DNA from: an uncultured Blautia sp. | GTDB taxonomy: Bacteria > Bacillota > Clostridia > Lachnospirales > Lachnospiraceae | Assembly: GCA_946557785.1 (NCBI GenBank) | Contig: CAMNTH010000008.1 | Coordinates: forward strand, 52,085 to 116,084 | Direction: 5' to 3' | DNA length: 64,000 bases | In this document: one piece after another, positions 51,358-60,700 of the stretch | Numbering within the stretch: position 1 is the stretch's first letter | Layout: every line of letters starts with the position of its first letter | The notes under the pieces: model-generated | The model's input: the letters and a program-made list of their open reading frames with translations, nothing else | Databases searched by the model: none | Told to the model about the DNA's origin: nothing | Program-made: the position numbers and the translations under genes

Positions 51358-54300
51358 ATGTACCATTGTCATATTCAGTTTTACTTAACAGGCCATTCAT
51401 CTAATGTGTTTGGAATCATTAGAGAAATGTGTCCGCTTGAGCATTTTACCCATGAATTTTGGGAAAGCGACAGGCCCCGGCAGGAACTGGCGTCAGGAGC
51501 AGATGTGATTTTTGCCAATCTTCTGGATATGGATAGGAAGGATGCTTTGGAGGTACTGTCTTTAGAAAAGCGGGAGGAAGGAGAACTGATCCTCCTTGCA
51601 GACAGAAAGCAGATGGGACTTTTAACAGAGCACTTAGGAGGAGCGAAGGATATCTGGGTCATGCCTATGTCAGAAGAGGAAATACGGTTCCGTTTTTTGA
51701 GATGGCAGCAGATATACAAAATGGGTAAGGATCTTTGGGAAACACGGCACTTTTTTGAAAGCACTATTAACAGCGTACCAAATCTCATCTGGTATAAAGA
51801 CAAACACGGCATACATGAGAAAGTAAATGACAGTTTTTGTAAAACAGTCAATAAAACAAAAAAGCAGGTAGAAGGACGGGGACATGCCTATATTTGGGAT
51901 GTTGAGTTTGACGATCCGGTATGTATTGAATCGGAGCAGGAGGTAATGCGCAAAAAGGAAACCTGTGTATCCGAAGAGGTGATTATGACGGGAGACGGTA
52001 AAAGAATGCTGACCACTTATAAATCACCTCTTTATAACCTGGACGGAAGCGTTATGGGAACTGTTGGCGTTGCAATTGACGTAACACAGGAGCGTGCCTA
52101 TGAACAGGAGATTATCAAGAAGAACCGCACTTTGGAGACAATCTTTACCAGTCTGGACTGCGGCATTTTGTCTCATTCCTTAGATGGAACGAAAATACTC
52201 AGCATAAATAATGCAGCACTTAAGATCCTGGGGTATGAATCCCGGGAGGAATTAACGCAAAGCGGATTTTCCATGGTTGCCGCTTCTGTTGTGGATGAAG
52301 ACAAAGGAAAGCTGAGGGATTGCATCCGCAGGCTGAAAAATGTGGGGGACAGCGTGAGCCTTGAATACCGTGTGCAGCATAAAGATGGGGAAATCCTTCA
52401 TGTTATGGGAAATGTGAAGCTTCTGATGGAAAACGGGGAATTGTTTTATCACCGTTTCCTTTTGGACTGTACGGAGCAGAAGCTAAAAGAGAAAAAGAAT
52501 GAAAGACAGCAGATGGAACTGGTACAGGCATTAACGATTGATTACAATCTTGTGTGCTTTTTTGATCTTGATACCGGTATTGGAAAAACTATTCGAATTG
52601 ATGAGGATCAAGACCATATGCTTTCCGCTGTTTTTGGCGGAGAAATTTCATTGGAAAGAAGCCTGGATCTATATATAGACAAATTTGTTTATGAGGATGA
52701 TAAAGAAATGATGAGACAGGCAGCTTCCCCGAAGAAGCTGAAAAGGGAATTGGCAGAGAGAAAGATATATTATGCCAATTACCGTATCTGTAAGGACGGA
52801 GAGATGAGGTATTTCCAAATGAAAGCCGTCAGGGCAGGAATCTGGGAGAACAGTCCCTGCATTGTTCTGGGCTTCCGCAGCGTGGATGAGGAAACCAGGA
52901 AGGAAATGGAGCAGAGAAGCCTTTTAGAAGATGCACTTTTGCAGGCAAACAGGGCCAGTAAGGCAAAGAGCGTATTTCTCTCAAATATGTCCCATGATAT
53001 CCGTACGCCTATGAACGCCATTGTAGGCTTTACCACCTTGGCTATTTCACATATTGACAACAGGGAGGAGGTAGAAGAGTACCTTAAGAAGATTATGATG
53101 TCCGGAAACCATTTGCTGAGCCTTATTAATGACGTCTTGGATATGAGCCGGATTGAAAGCGGAAAGATGCATCTGGATGAAAAGCTGTGCAGTTTGCCGG
53201 AGATTCTTCACGAACTGCATAACATTGTCCGGGCAGATATTAATTCCAAACAGCTGGAATTATATATGGATACGGTGGATGTATTTGACGAGGATATTTA
53301 CTGTGATAAGCTGCGCTTAAACCAGGTACTTTTAAACTTATTGAGCAATGCGGTGAAATATACCCCTGCCGGTGGAACGGTAAGCATGCGGGTTTCAGAA
53401 AGGCCGGGCGTGAAGAAGGGTTATGCCAGCTATGAATTCTGCATTAAGGATACGGGGATCGGGATGAGCAGCGAGTTCGTATCCCATATTTTCGAACCTT
53501 TTGAACGAGAGAAAAATACGACCATCAGCGGTATACAGGGCACAGGCCTTGGCATGTCCATTACCAAAAATATCGTAGATATGATGAATGGTATCATTGA
53601 AGTAAAAAGTGAACTGGGAGAAGGCACGGAGGTGACGGTTTCCTTTGCATTCCGTCTGGATTCTGACGTTAAGGAGCCAATGGAAATACCGCAATTCAAA
53701 AATTCCAGGGCGCTTGTTGTGGATGATGATTTTAATACGTGTGACAGCGTATCTTATATGCTTACCCAGATGGGACTTCGGGCAGAGTGGACCCTGTCGG
53801 GAAAAGAGGCAGTGCTTCGGACTCGTCAGGCAGTTACGCGCAAGGATAATTACGAAGTATATGTGATTGACTGGCTTTTGCCTGATATGAATGGAATCGA
53901 GGTGATCAGGAGGATCCGCAAGGAGATTGGAGATGAAGCTCCAGTGATCCTGCTGACTGCATATGACTGGTCTGATATAAAGGATGAAGCAAGAGAAGCG
54001 GGCGTAACAGCCTTTTGCAGTAAGCCTCTGTTTTCTTCTGAATTAGGGAACTGCCTGCGATCGATTGTGAATGCTGGCGAAAGAAAAGAACGGTGCGTTG
54101 AAAAGGTACTGGACAAGCTTCGTTCAGGGCGTATCCTTCTGGTGGAGGACAATGAACTGAACCAGGAGATAGCCGTAGCGATTTTGGAGGATGCAGGCTT
54201 TTATACAGAGGTTGCAGAAAACGGAAGAACTGCTTTGGAAATGCTTGAGAGATCTGAACCAGGATATTATCGTCTGATTCTTATGGATATCCAGATGCCT

Positions 54301-54501
54301 GTGATGAATGGCTATGAAGCGACCAGGGAAATCCGTAAGCTGAAGAATAAGGAGCTGTCTTCCATTCCGGTCCTGGCAATGACGGCCAATGCTTTTGAAG
54401 AGGATAAACAAAAAGCTCTGGAATGCGGAATGAATGGACATATTGCAAAGCCTATTAATGTGGACATATTATTTGAGACATTAGATATGGTGTTATCGTA
54501 A
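51358..54501 (+). CDS. Hybrid sensor histidine kinase (PAS domains, HisKA-HATPase, two REC domains)
   Basis: FLSNMSHDIRTPMN, NLLSNAVKYT, DTGIG, GTGLG; receivers VIDWLLP and MDIQMP. Confidence 0.94.
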   Translation: MYHCHIQFYLTGHSSNVFGIIREMCPLEHFTHEFWESDRPRQELASGADVIFANLLDMDRKDALEVLSLEKREEGELILLADRKQMGLLTEHLGGAKDIWVMPMSEEEIRFRFLRWQQIYKMGKDLWETRHFFESTINSVPNLIWYKDKHGIHEKVNDSFCKTVNKTKKQVEGRGHAYIWDVEFDDPVCIESEQEVMRKKETCVSEEVIMTGDGKRMLTTYKSPLYNLDGSVMGTVGVAIDVTQERAYEQEIIKKNRTLETIFTSLDCGILSHSLDGTKILSINNAALKILGYESREELTQSGFSMVAASVVDEDKGKLRDCIRRLKNVGDSVSLEYRVQHKDGEILHVMGNVKLLMENGELFYHRFLLDCTEQKLKEKKNERQQMELVQALTIDYNLVCFFDLDTGIGKTIRIDEDQDHMLSAVFGGEISLERSLDLYIDKFVYEDDKEMMRQAASPKKLKRELAERKIYYANYRICKDGEMRYFQMKAVRAGIWENSPCIVLGFRSVDEETRKEMEQRSLLEDALLQANRASKAKSVFLSNMSHDIRTPMNAIVGFTTLAISHIDNREEVEEYLKKIMMSGNHLLSLINDVLDMSRIESGKMHLDEKLCSLPEILHELHNIVRADINSKQLELYMDTVDVFDEDIYCDKLRLNQVLLNLLSNAVKYTPAGGTVSMRVSERPGVKKGYASYEFCIKDTGIGMSSEFVSHIFEPFEREKNTTISGIQGTGLGMSITKNIVDMMNGIIEVKSELGEGTEVTVSFAFRLDSDVKEPMEIPQFKNSRALVVDDDFNTCDSVSYMLTQMGLRAEWTLSGKEAVLRTRQAVTRKDNYEVYVIDWLLPDMNGIEVIRRIRKEIGDEAPVILLTAYDWSDIKDEAREAGVTAFCSKPLFSSELGNCLRSIVNAGERKERCVEKVLDKLRSGRILLVEDNELNQEIAVAILEDAGFYTEVAENGRTALEMLERSEPGYYRLILMDIQMPVMNGYEATREIRKLKNKELSSIPVLAMTANAFEEDKQKALECGMNGHIAKPINVDILFETLDMVLS

Positions 54502-54506
54502 TAACT

Positions 54507-54534
54507 GCGGCAGAGGTTATCCTCTGCCGTTTTT
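54507..54534 (+). terminator. Terminator after the kinase, immediately before the intron remnant
   Basis: CGGCAGAGG/CCTCTGCCG plus TTTTT. Confidence 0.88.
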
Positions 54535-54536
54535 AA

Positions 54537-55275
54537 GTATGACGGCATGCCGCCAGTCTGATGAAAGGTGAAAGTGGATGATACACTTTGACCAAAATAG
54601 TATGGAGCAAGGGATATGGTAATTACTATGGTGCCATATCAAACTATGAATGTATTACGTTCAATGACACAGCTGTGAGGACAATACAGACATGAAACTT
54701 CAATGGAACCAGATAGACTGGACGAGAGCAGAGGAATCAGTTAATAGGTTACAGATCCGGATTGCAAAGGCAACATTGGAACAGAAATGGAGATTGGTCA
54801 AAAGGTTCCGGTATTTAATGACAAGGCGGACAGAATTTCGTTTGGCTTTCGTAAATATAGAAGTCTTGAAGATGCCAGAGAATGCGCATTTAGTGTACTT
54901 AGCAGAAAAGACTCGCCATAATGAATATTGGAAGGAGATATTAAAAGTTGCTTTAATAAAATCAGTCACTAGTGGATAATGGAAAATATTCCAACAGATA
55001 AAAGAATGCTAAAAGAGTTTATGAAATGTGGACATGTAGAAAAAGGAAACTTATTTCCTACATCAGAAGAGTCCAAGTAGCGTAGCTACTTGAAGACAGC
55101 TATGCTGTATAGATGATGGCGGAGGTTCCCAACCACCTAAGGTGCTGTAGTCAAAAGCTATGGTATTGAGCATTAGGGAAAAATTTCGGTAAATTTAACC
55201 CATCGGTAATGAAAGGAGACTTTCACGTACGGTTCCGTGAGAAGTTTGAGGTGAAAATCCTCTTACTTACTTGAC
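54537..55275 (+). mobile_element. Internally deleted group II intron remnant
   Basis: 5' end GTATGACGGCATG (GUGYG-like); RT fragments; 3' D5/D6 TGAAAGGAGACTTTCACGTACGGTTC...CTTACTTGAC. Confidence 0.85.
54692..55080 (+). pseudogene. Group II intron reverse transcriptase fragments
   Basis: QWNQIDW..AEESVNRLQIRIAKA (N-terminal), then in another frame FGFRKYRSLEDA...**ILEGDIKSCFNKISH*W...LFPTSEE; stops and deletions. Confidence 0.88.
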
Positions 55276-55434
55276 TGAGAGGGGAGAGAAAATTTCCCCT
55301 ACTGGATTATCAAGTGTGACTGTGGCTTGGGCAGTATGGGATATACGGTTTAATTCTGCCAGAGTAATTTTGTCAATTTTTTCAGGATGGAGTTTTGCAA
55401 TGATTTTTAATTGTTCAAAAATATCATATTTCAA
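55267..55434 (-). pseudogene. Short or 3'-truncated ORF (55 aa) abutting the intron 3' end
   Basis: RBS GAAAGG plus TTG start; LKYDIFEQLKIIAKLHPEK...; its stop lies inside intron D6; below the ORF-track cutoff. Confidence 0.35.
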
Positions 55435-55636
55435 GATGACCACACCTTTCCCATTTTTTCTTTACAGGGCATTTTACTGCTGATATAATAATTATATAGA
55501 CAAAAACGTCTGTAATAAATATAAAATACGACAAAAATCATAAGAAAAGCGCCGATTAAAGTACATATTATGATTATGCTGACAAACATAATCATAATAT
55601 GTACTTTAATACCTGCTTTCTAAGGAGAATAATAGC

Positions 55637-56536
55637 TTGAAGATAAAGATTAAAAGCAATCAGATGGAAGAAATCGAAGGTATCCGACCGGATTATCCAT
55701 ATGTTTATCATCATGTAAGGGTAAGCGAGACAAAGGTTCCGTGGCATTGGCATGAGGAACTGGAATTTGATTATGTGATGGAAGGAAAAGGGAAACTTAG
55801 CACACCCCACGGATCTTATTTGTTTGAGGCTGGAGAAGCTTATTTTACGAATGCCAATGTTCTTAGCACTTTGGAAAATATAGGAGAATGTATTATTGCG
55901 TCCCACTTGTTTCATCCTGTTTTTCTGGGAGGACACTTTAAAAGCATATTTGAAATGAAGTATCTGGATCCGGTGCTTAAGGATAAGAGAATCGATGTCA
56001 TAGAAATCCGGGGAAAAACAGAAAATCAGCGAAAAATACTGAGGAAGCTCCGTCAGGCAGCAGAACTTCAAAAGAATCAGGATTCGGAGTTTCAGACAAG
56101 AAATATTTTTTCGGAAATCTGGCTTTTGCTGCTGAAGGAAATCCAAACTTTGGAATACAGGAATACACCTGCTGCTTCTGTAAGTCAGGAGCGCTTATTA
56201 ACCATGCTTACGTTTATTCAGGAAAATTATCAAAGGAAGATCACTCTGGAGGAAATTGCTGCAGAAGCATCTGTCAGTAAAAGAGAATGCCTGAGATGCT
56301 TCCAGACATGTATTCATGAATCCCCTTTTGAGTATCTGCTTGCTTACCGTATGGAGGCAGCGAAGCGCCTTCTTAAAACAACGGATCTGCCCATTATTGA
56401 AATTGCCATGCAGACAGGATTTCGGGACGGGGCTTATTTTAGTAAGATGTTCAAAAAGGACTGCGGTAAAACGCCGGGAACGTATAGGAAAATGTATCAG
56501 ACGGCTGACAGGTCATCCTGCGGGAATTTTATTTAA
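55637..56536 (+). CDS. AraC-family regulator with cupin domain
   Basis: PWHWHEELE; C-terminal SKRECLRCF, GF...AYFSKMFK. Confidence 0.93.
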   Translation: MKIKIKSNQMEEIEGIRPDYPYVYHHVRVSETKVPWHWHEELEFDYVMEGKGKLSTPHGSYLFEAGEAYFTNANVLSTLENIGECIIASHLFHPVFLGGHFKSIFEMKYLDPVLKDKRIDVIEIRGKTENQRKILRKLRQAAELQKNQDSEFQTRNIFSEIWLLLLKEIQTLEYRNTPAASVSQERLLTMLTFIQENYQRKITLEEIAAEASVSKRECLRCFQTCIHESPFEYLLAYRMEAAKRLLKTTDLPIIEIAMQTGFRDGAYFSKMFKKDCGKTPGTYRKMYQTADRSSCGNFI

Positions 56537-56560
56537 TCATTGGTTAGGAGGCATTATTCT

Positions 56561-56974
56561 ATGTGGTTTCTATTTGCTTTATTATCTGCAATATTTGCAG
56601 CACTCACTTCTGTACTTGCGAAAGTCGGCATTAATGGAGTTAATTCTACACTTGCTACTGCCATTAGGACAGTGGTTGTGGTTATTATGGCCTGGGGAAT
56701 GGTCTTTCTTACCAATACACAGAGCGGCATTTCACAGATCAGCAGAAAGGGCTGGATCTTTCTGATTCTTTCAGGTGCTGCTACGGGTGCTTCCTGGCTT
56801 TGCTATTACAGAGCCCTGCAGATGGGGGAAGTATCAAAAGTTGTGCCCATAGATAAATTGAGTGTGGTTATCACATTGGTTTTGGCATTTATTTTCCTGC
56901 ATGAAGAATTTACGGTAAAATCTTTGGTTGGATGCATTCTAATAGGCATCGGAACGCTGGTAATGGTAGTTTAA
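56561..56974 (+). CDS. EamA/DMT-family transporter
   Basis: ALLSAIFAALTS.LAK.G, VVPIDKLS. Confidence 0.9.
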   Translation: MWFLFALLSAIFAALTSVLAKVGINGVNSTLATAIRTVVVVIMAWGMVFLTNTQSGISQISRKGWIFLILSGAATGASWLCYYRALQMGEVSKVVPIDKLSVVITLVLAFIFLHEEFTVKSLVGCILIGIGTLVMVV

Positions 56975-57096
56975 GGAGAAGAACTTTGGGAATTCTAACC
57001 AGACAACAAAGGTGTGGACTCTATGAATCGTAGTTTGCATGTACACAGGAATGGTTATAGAATCTCTGTATAGTATAAGGAGAGAGGTGCTTAAAA

Positions 57097-57474
57097 ATGA
57101 GCTATGTAACAGGAAAGACGATTAAAGAATTAAGAGAAAGAAGGAAGATTACCCAGAAGGAGCTTGGGGAAAAGATTGGCGTAAGTGATAAAACAGTGTC
57201 AAAATGGGAAACGGAAAAGGGGCTTCCTGATATTGGAATTATTGAGGATTTAGCCGGGGCGCTTGGCGTTTCCATTGCGGAACTGTTAGCAGGTGATCTG
57301 AGGGAGAATAGGAATCGGTCGGCGAATATGCGGAAAATGTGTTTTTATGTCTGTCCGGTCTGTGGGAATATCATTACGTCTGTAGGGCATGGCTTTTTTT
57401 CCTGCTGTGGGATTGAGCTGCCGGAGGCAGAAGAAGAAAAGGATATTGTAATAGGCATGGAATGTTTAAAATGA
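57097..57474 (+). CDS. XRE HTH protein with desulforedoxin-like Cys motif, possibly C-terminally truncated
   Basis: TQKELGEKIGVSDKTVSKWE; YVCPVCGN...FSCCG; ends shortly after. Confidence 0.75.
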   Translation: MSYVTGKTIKELRERRKITQKELGEKIGVSDKTVSKWETEKGLPDIGIIEDLAGALGVSIAELLAGDLRENRNRSANMRKMCFYVCPVCGNIITSVGHGFFSCCGIELPEAEEEKDIVIGMECLK

Positions 57475-57753
57475 TGATTTGAATTATCTGTCATATCAGA
57501 AAAGAGCTTGGAAGAGGAAGAGTGAAAATGCATGCTGCATTTGATGGGGAATCCTGGTGACAGTACAGGAAAGGGAATGAGGCAGAAAAAAGGAAATTGG
57601 ATCTGATGACGTACAGATAGTTCATTTAAGTTAAAATTCATAAGCTGGCTCCTAATATAATTATAATATTTTATATAATATACGAACAGTGTGCCATATT
57701 CGGAAAAGCCTTCCAACAGTTATTGATACGGAGGCAGCATACATGTATAGTAC

Positions 57754-57786
57754 AAGGTAGGTGAAAGAAAAACACCTACCTTTCTT
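57754..57786. terminator. Hairpin downstream of the recombinase operon
   Basis: AAGGTAGGTG/CACCTACCTT perfect 10-bp stem. Confidence 0.7.
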
Positions 57787-57838
57787 ATTAACCTATCATA
57801 GAAGATCTATTATTTACAGAAATAAATTCAAACTTTCG

Positions 57839-58729
57839 TTAAAACAATGCTATCTGTCCATCACTGGCTATGTCAGGAACTTTGGCTGACATATTTTCAT
57901 CAGATAATGGATTTTGTGGTTTTGGTCCTTTGTTCGAATACAATTTGCTCATCGGCAGCGGCTTCTGTGTCTTTTTGTTATAAGCCAGAAGCATTGCTTC
58001 CGCATATCCACGAGAACCGGCACTGCGTTCTCGTGCAGTTCTTGTAAGTTCTTTTAAGGATACTACCCCTAGTTTTTCAATGAAAACATTGTCCTTCATA
58101 GTGTCCCCAAAACAATGTATGAGACGGGCAACACCATTAAGCATGTTTGCACTGAATGATTTTGGACTTCCTTCCCATGCACCAATGATCAGGCGTAGTG
58201 TCCGGTCTAATATCTGAAAACTGTATTTGTCATGGATGGATTCCAGCGTAGCTACAGCACAGATATTTCCGGGAGCAGCTTTGTTTGCAATCTTCATATT
58301 GTAGGATTCTACCAGTGACCGTATAATCAGCTGCTTATCGTTCCCAGCTTCGATGTTTGCCATGAAGATCTCATATGGTGTCAATGACTTGGTATATTTT
58401 GTCTGGTTAGCAAAAATTTCCGCTTCTCTTTGATATTCCAGATCATCATAGATCATGCACCATACCGGCGTTTCACGGGAACCTGATACAAGAGCAACAG
58501 TTTCTATTGTATGCTGGCCGTCAAAAACATAGTTAATGCCATTGCGTCTGCTTACTTTCACTGCATTAATCTGGCAGACATCAAAATTAGTAGCTGTTGT
58601 ATTTACATGCTTATCAGACAATGTTCGTTGATAATTCTGATCGGATACAAGATTTTTGATTGGTATCAGTTCAAAATGGACAGGGGGTATAAAAGGTGCA
58701 AAGCATTGAAAGACTATTTCATTATTCAT
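57839..58729 (-). CDS. ParB-like protein (DUF6551-like)
   Basis: LVSDQNYQRTL...VKVSRR...YVFDGQHT; ends GQIALF. Confidence 0.8.
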   Translation of the reverse strand: MNNEIVFQCFAPFIPPVHFELIPIKNLVSDQNYQRTLSDKHVNTTATNFDVCQINAVKVSRRNGINYVFDGQHTIETVALVSGSRETPVWCMIYDDLEYQREAEIFANQTKYTKSLTPYEIFMANIEAGNDKQLIIRSLVESYNMKIANKAAPGNICAVATLESIHDKYSFQILDRTLRLIIGAWEGSPKSFSANMLNGVARLIHCFGDTMKDNVFIEKLGVVSLKELTRTARERSAGSRGYAEAMLLAYNKKTQKPLPMSKLYSNKGPKPQNPLSDENMSAKVPDIASDGQIALF

Positions 58730-59675
58730 GATATCGTTCCTCTATTCGTTTCCTGATTTTTTCGATACTCTCGGTAAGGTTGAATAATGTTTGCTCCAGT
58801 TTCCAAAGGGCAGAAGTAGATGCATTGCTAAAATCCGTTATCTCTATAGCTCGGTTAATGGAACTGATCCACATTGGTATTGTAAGAGTCAGGCTGGATA
58901 AGTCTGCATCCGGATCATATTTGGGCCTGAGTTTTATTGCCGGTGTAATCTTACGTTCTTCCGCAAGAAGTTTTGCTTTCTTTTTTTCCCGTTCCTGGGT
59001 ACGCATAAGGGATGGCTGCAGTAATCGGTTGTCACGATTATTTACAATATGATCACGGATCACCTGGATTTCTGGTGCAGACATTTTGGAAAGTCCTATT
59101 GTATCGTTCTGTGAAAGGTGGAAAACTGCACGAAGAATATCATCTGCAATTTCCGGACATTTCGCAGCAATCTTATCTATCGCTATAGAATACATTCCAT
59201 ATTTGGAAACTGTTCCTGGAGTAATCTTAACTTTATCTCCTAACAAATCAGCGGCAATGTTTTTGGTGCCAAAACCTTTCTGGTGCCATTTCATATCATC
59301 AGGAGTGTATTGATTTTGATGGCGGTATTTTTCTATCATAATTAATTTCATTGCTTCGTAGAATTTTCCAACACGATAACGAAGCTGTTCAATGGTACCC
59401 TGGTGGCTGGCAAGATGAATCTGACACATATGTGCAACGGCTTCCGGGCGAGAAGCGATATCGACTTCCTTTAGAGTAAAAGGGATTTTTCGTGCATGAT
59501 AGATTTCGTATTCAGAATATCCTGATAAAAGGATTTTTCGCCACACGAGTAAGGGTCTGGATCCATTTTTGATTAGGTCAGCTCCGAGGATGGCCTTTTC
59601 TTCTGAAGAGAGAAGCGTATCAAGCCTCTTGAATTCCGGATCCAGGATTAAATTGTAAATGCGTTGTTCACTCAT
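58722..59675 (-). CDS. Protein with degenerate ParB/Srx-like N-terminus and HTH-like middle
   Basis: LILDPEFKRL..LLSSEE..L...G.RPLLVW..ILLSGYSEYEI; NIAADLLG..KITPGTVSKY. Confidence 0.7.
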   Translation of the reverse strand: MSEQRIYNLILDPEFKRLDTLLSSEEKAILGADLIKNGSRPLLVWRKILLSGYSEYEIYHARKIPFTLKEVDIASRPEAVAHMCQIHLASHQGTIEQLRYRVGKFYEAMKLIMIEKYRHQNQYTPDDMKWHQKGFGTKNIAADLLGDKVKITPGTVSKYGMYSIAIDKIAAKCPEIADDILRAVFHLSQNDTIGLSKMSAPEIQVIRDHIVNNRDNRLLQPSLMRTQEREKKKAKLLAEERKITPAIKLRPKYDPDADLSSLTLTIPMWISSINRAIEITDFSNASTSALWKLEQTLFNLTESIEKIRKRIEERYHE

Positions 59676-60039
59676 TATTTAATTCCTCCTGAGCAGTGGT
59701 TGGTATTGCTTCGTTTAGATTAAAAAGTATCAGATTCTCTTTAGCTACATGAGTACCGTATATTTTGTACATCTGACGTTTCCACGATGGCTCAAATAGT
59801 TTGCAGAGTCTTGTTATCAGTAATTTACTGTAGAATTCGCAGCACTGTTTATCTCCAAAATGGATCCATCTAACTCTTTCACCTGTATTAGTCGGACATT
59901 TCTGAATAGCCAGCATTTTCTGTTCCGGATTGATCAGGAATTGGATATTATTTGGACTGTTCAGAAGGTAAAGAGTCTGTCGGTGGATACGCAGGCGGTG
60001 GATATTACAGTCAATAACTATGGATGGCTGTCTGTTCAT
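59668..60039 (-). CDS. Hypothetical protein, 123 aa; paralogue of the recombinase C-terminal domain
   Basis: Start re-placed at ATG 60039 after GAGGA; IQFLINPEQKMLAIQKC, YKIYG, LILFNLNEA. Confidence 0.75.
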   Translation of the reverse strand: MNRQPSIVIDCNIHRLRIHRQTLYLLNSPNNIQFLINPEQKMLAIQKCPTNTGERVRWIHFGDKQCCEFYSKLLITRLCKLFEPSWKRQMYKIYGTHVAKENLILFNLNEAIPTTAQEELNNE

Positions 60040-60700
60040 AGGTATTATCCTCGCTTTCTGATGAGCCTGATGCGGGTTTAGAAGAAGTTTTGATTGCATC
60101 TTTCTGCAGACCGAAGACTGCCTGACCATTGAATATACTGATCTGCACAGCAGATTTATGGTCAGGTACCGGCATACCAAAGTCATTTTTCCATTCTTCA
60201 AGGAATACTGGAGTACGGGAAATTTTTGTTTTTCCATCTTCTTTAATAGTGCGTTTATAGATTTCCGGAGTATTTAGATCGAAAACAAACAGATATTGAC
60301 CGTTTGCTTTTTTTAGTTTTCCTAGCAGTTTGTACTTGTAATCGATCTGCCAGTTCATAAGAGTAAATACTTTCGCAAAAAACATGCGGCAGGTGATTTG
60401 TTTTGGTGAACGATTGGCGGTAGCAGAACACCAGCGGAAAGAATCTTTTTCATCTTCCATGCAAGGTCTGACTGCCAGTTTCTTCTCATCCGGATTGACC
60501 ATGATCTGAACATAGTCATATTCAGGAAGCTTTTTTAAACATGCCTTGTTTACCTGAACTTTATAATTGTTAAAGGTAAGTGACGGCTCAAAGATGTGGG
60601 AAAAGAATTCGCCGCGAACTACCTGATAGCCTTCAAAGCTAAATTTGTCATCAATTTCTATATCATCCGCCAGAACTTGTCTGTTCATTTCAGCATTCAT
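60011..60700 (-). CDS. Hypothetical protein, 229 aa; paralogue of the recombinase C-terminal domain
   Basis: FEGYQVVRGEFF, VQIMVNPDEKKLAVRPC, YKYKLLG, WKNDFG. Confidence 0.85.
   Translation of the reverse strand: MNAEMNRQVLADDIEIDDKFSFEGYQVVRGEFFSHIFEPSLTFNNYKVQVNKACLKKLPEYDYVQIMVNPDEKKLAVRPCMEDEKDSFRWCSATANRSPKQITCRMFFAKVFTLMNWQIDYKYKLLGKLKKANGQYLFVFDLNTPEIYKRTIKEDGKTKISRTPVFLEEWKNDFGMPVPDHKSAVQISIFNGQAVFGLQKDAIKTSSKPASGSSESEDNTYEQTAIHSY

Noticed and set aside
851-54548. Many long ORFs antisense to or overlapping confident genes (e.g. 4965-5792, 6825-7964, 28188-29108, 34702-35541, 36015-36923, 48975-49733)
   Set aside because: Shadow frames of well-supported genes; no recognisable motifs or RBS.
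57701-57716. CGAACAGTGTGCC as an SOS box at the island edge
   Set aside because: Right half is not GTTC, unlike the two perfect boxes at recA.
60040-60237. ORF-track N-terminal extension of the 59668 ORF (189 aa)
   Set aside because: Overlaps the upstream gene by more than 200 nt; ATG 60039 has an RBS and coincides with the start of the shared domain.
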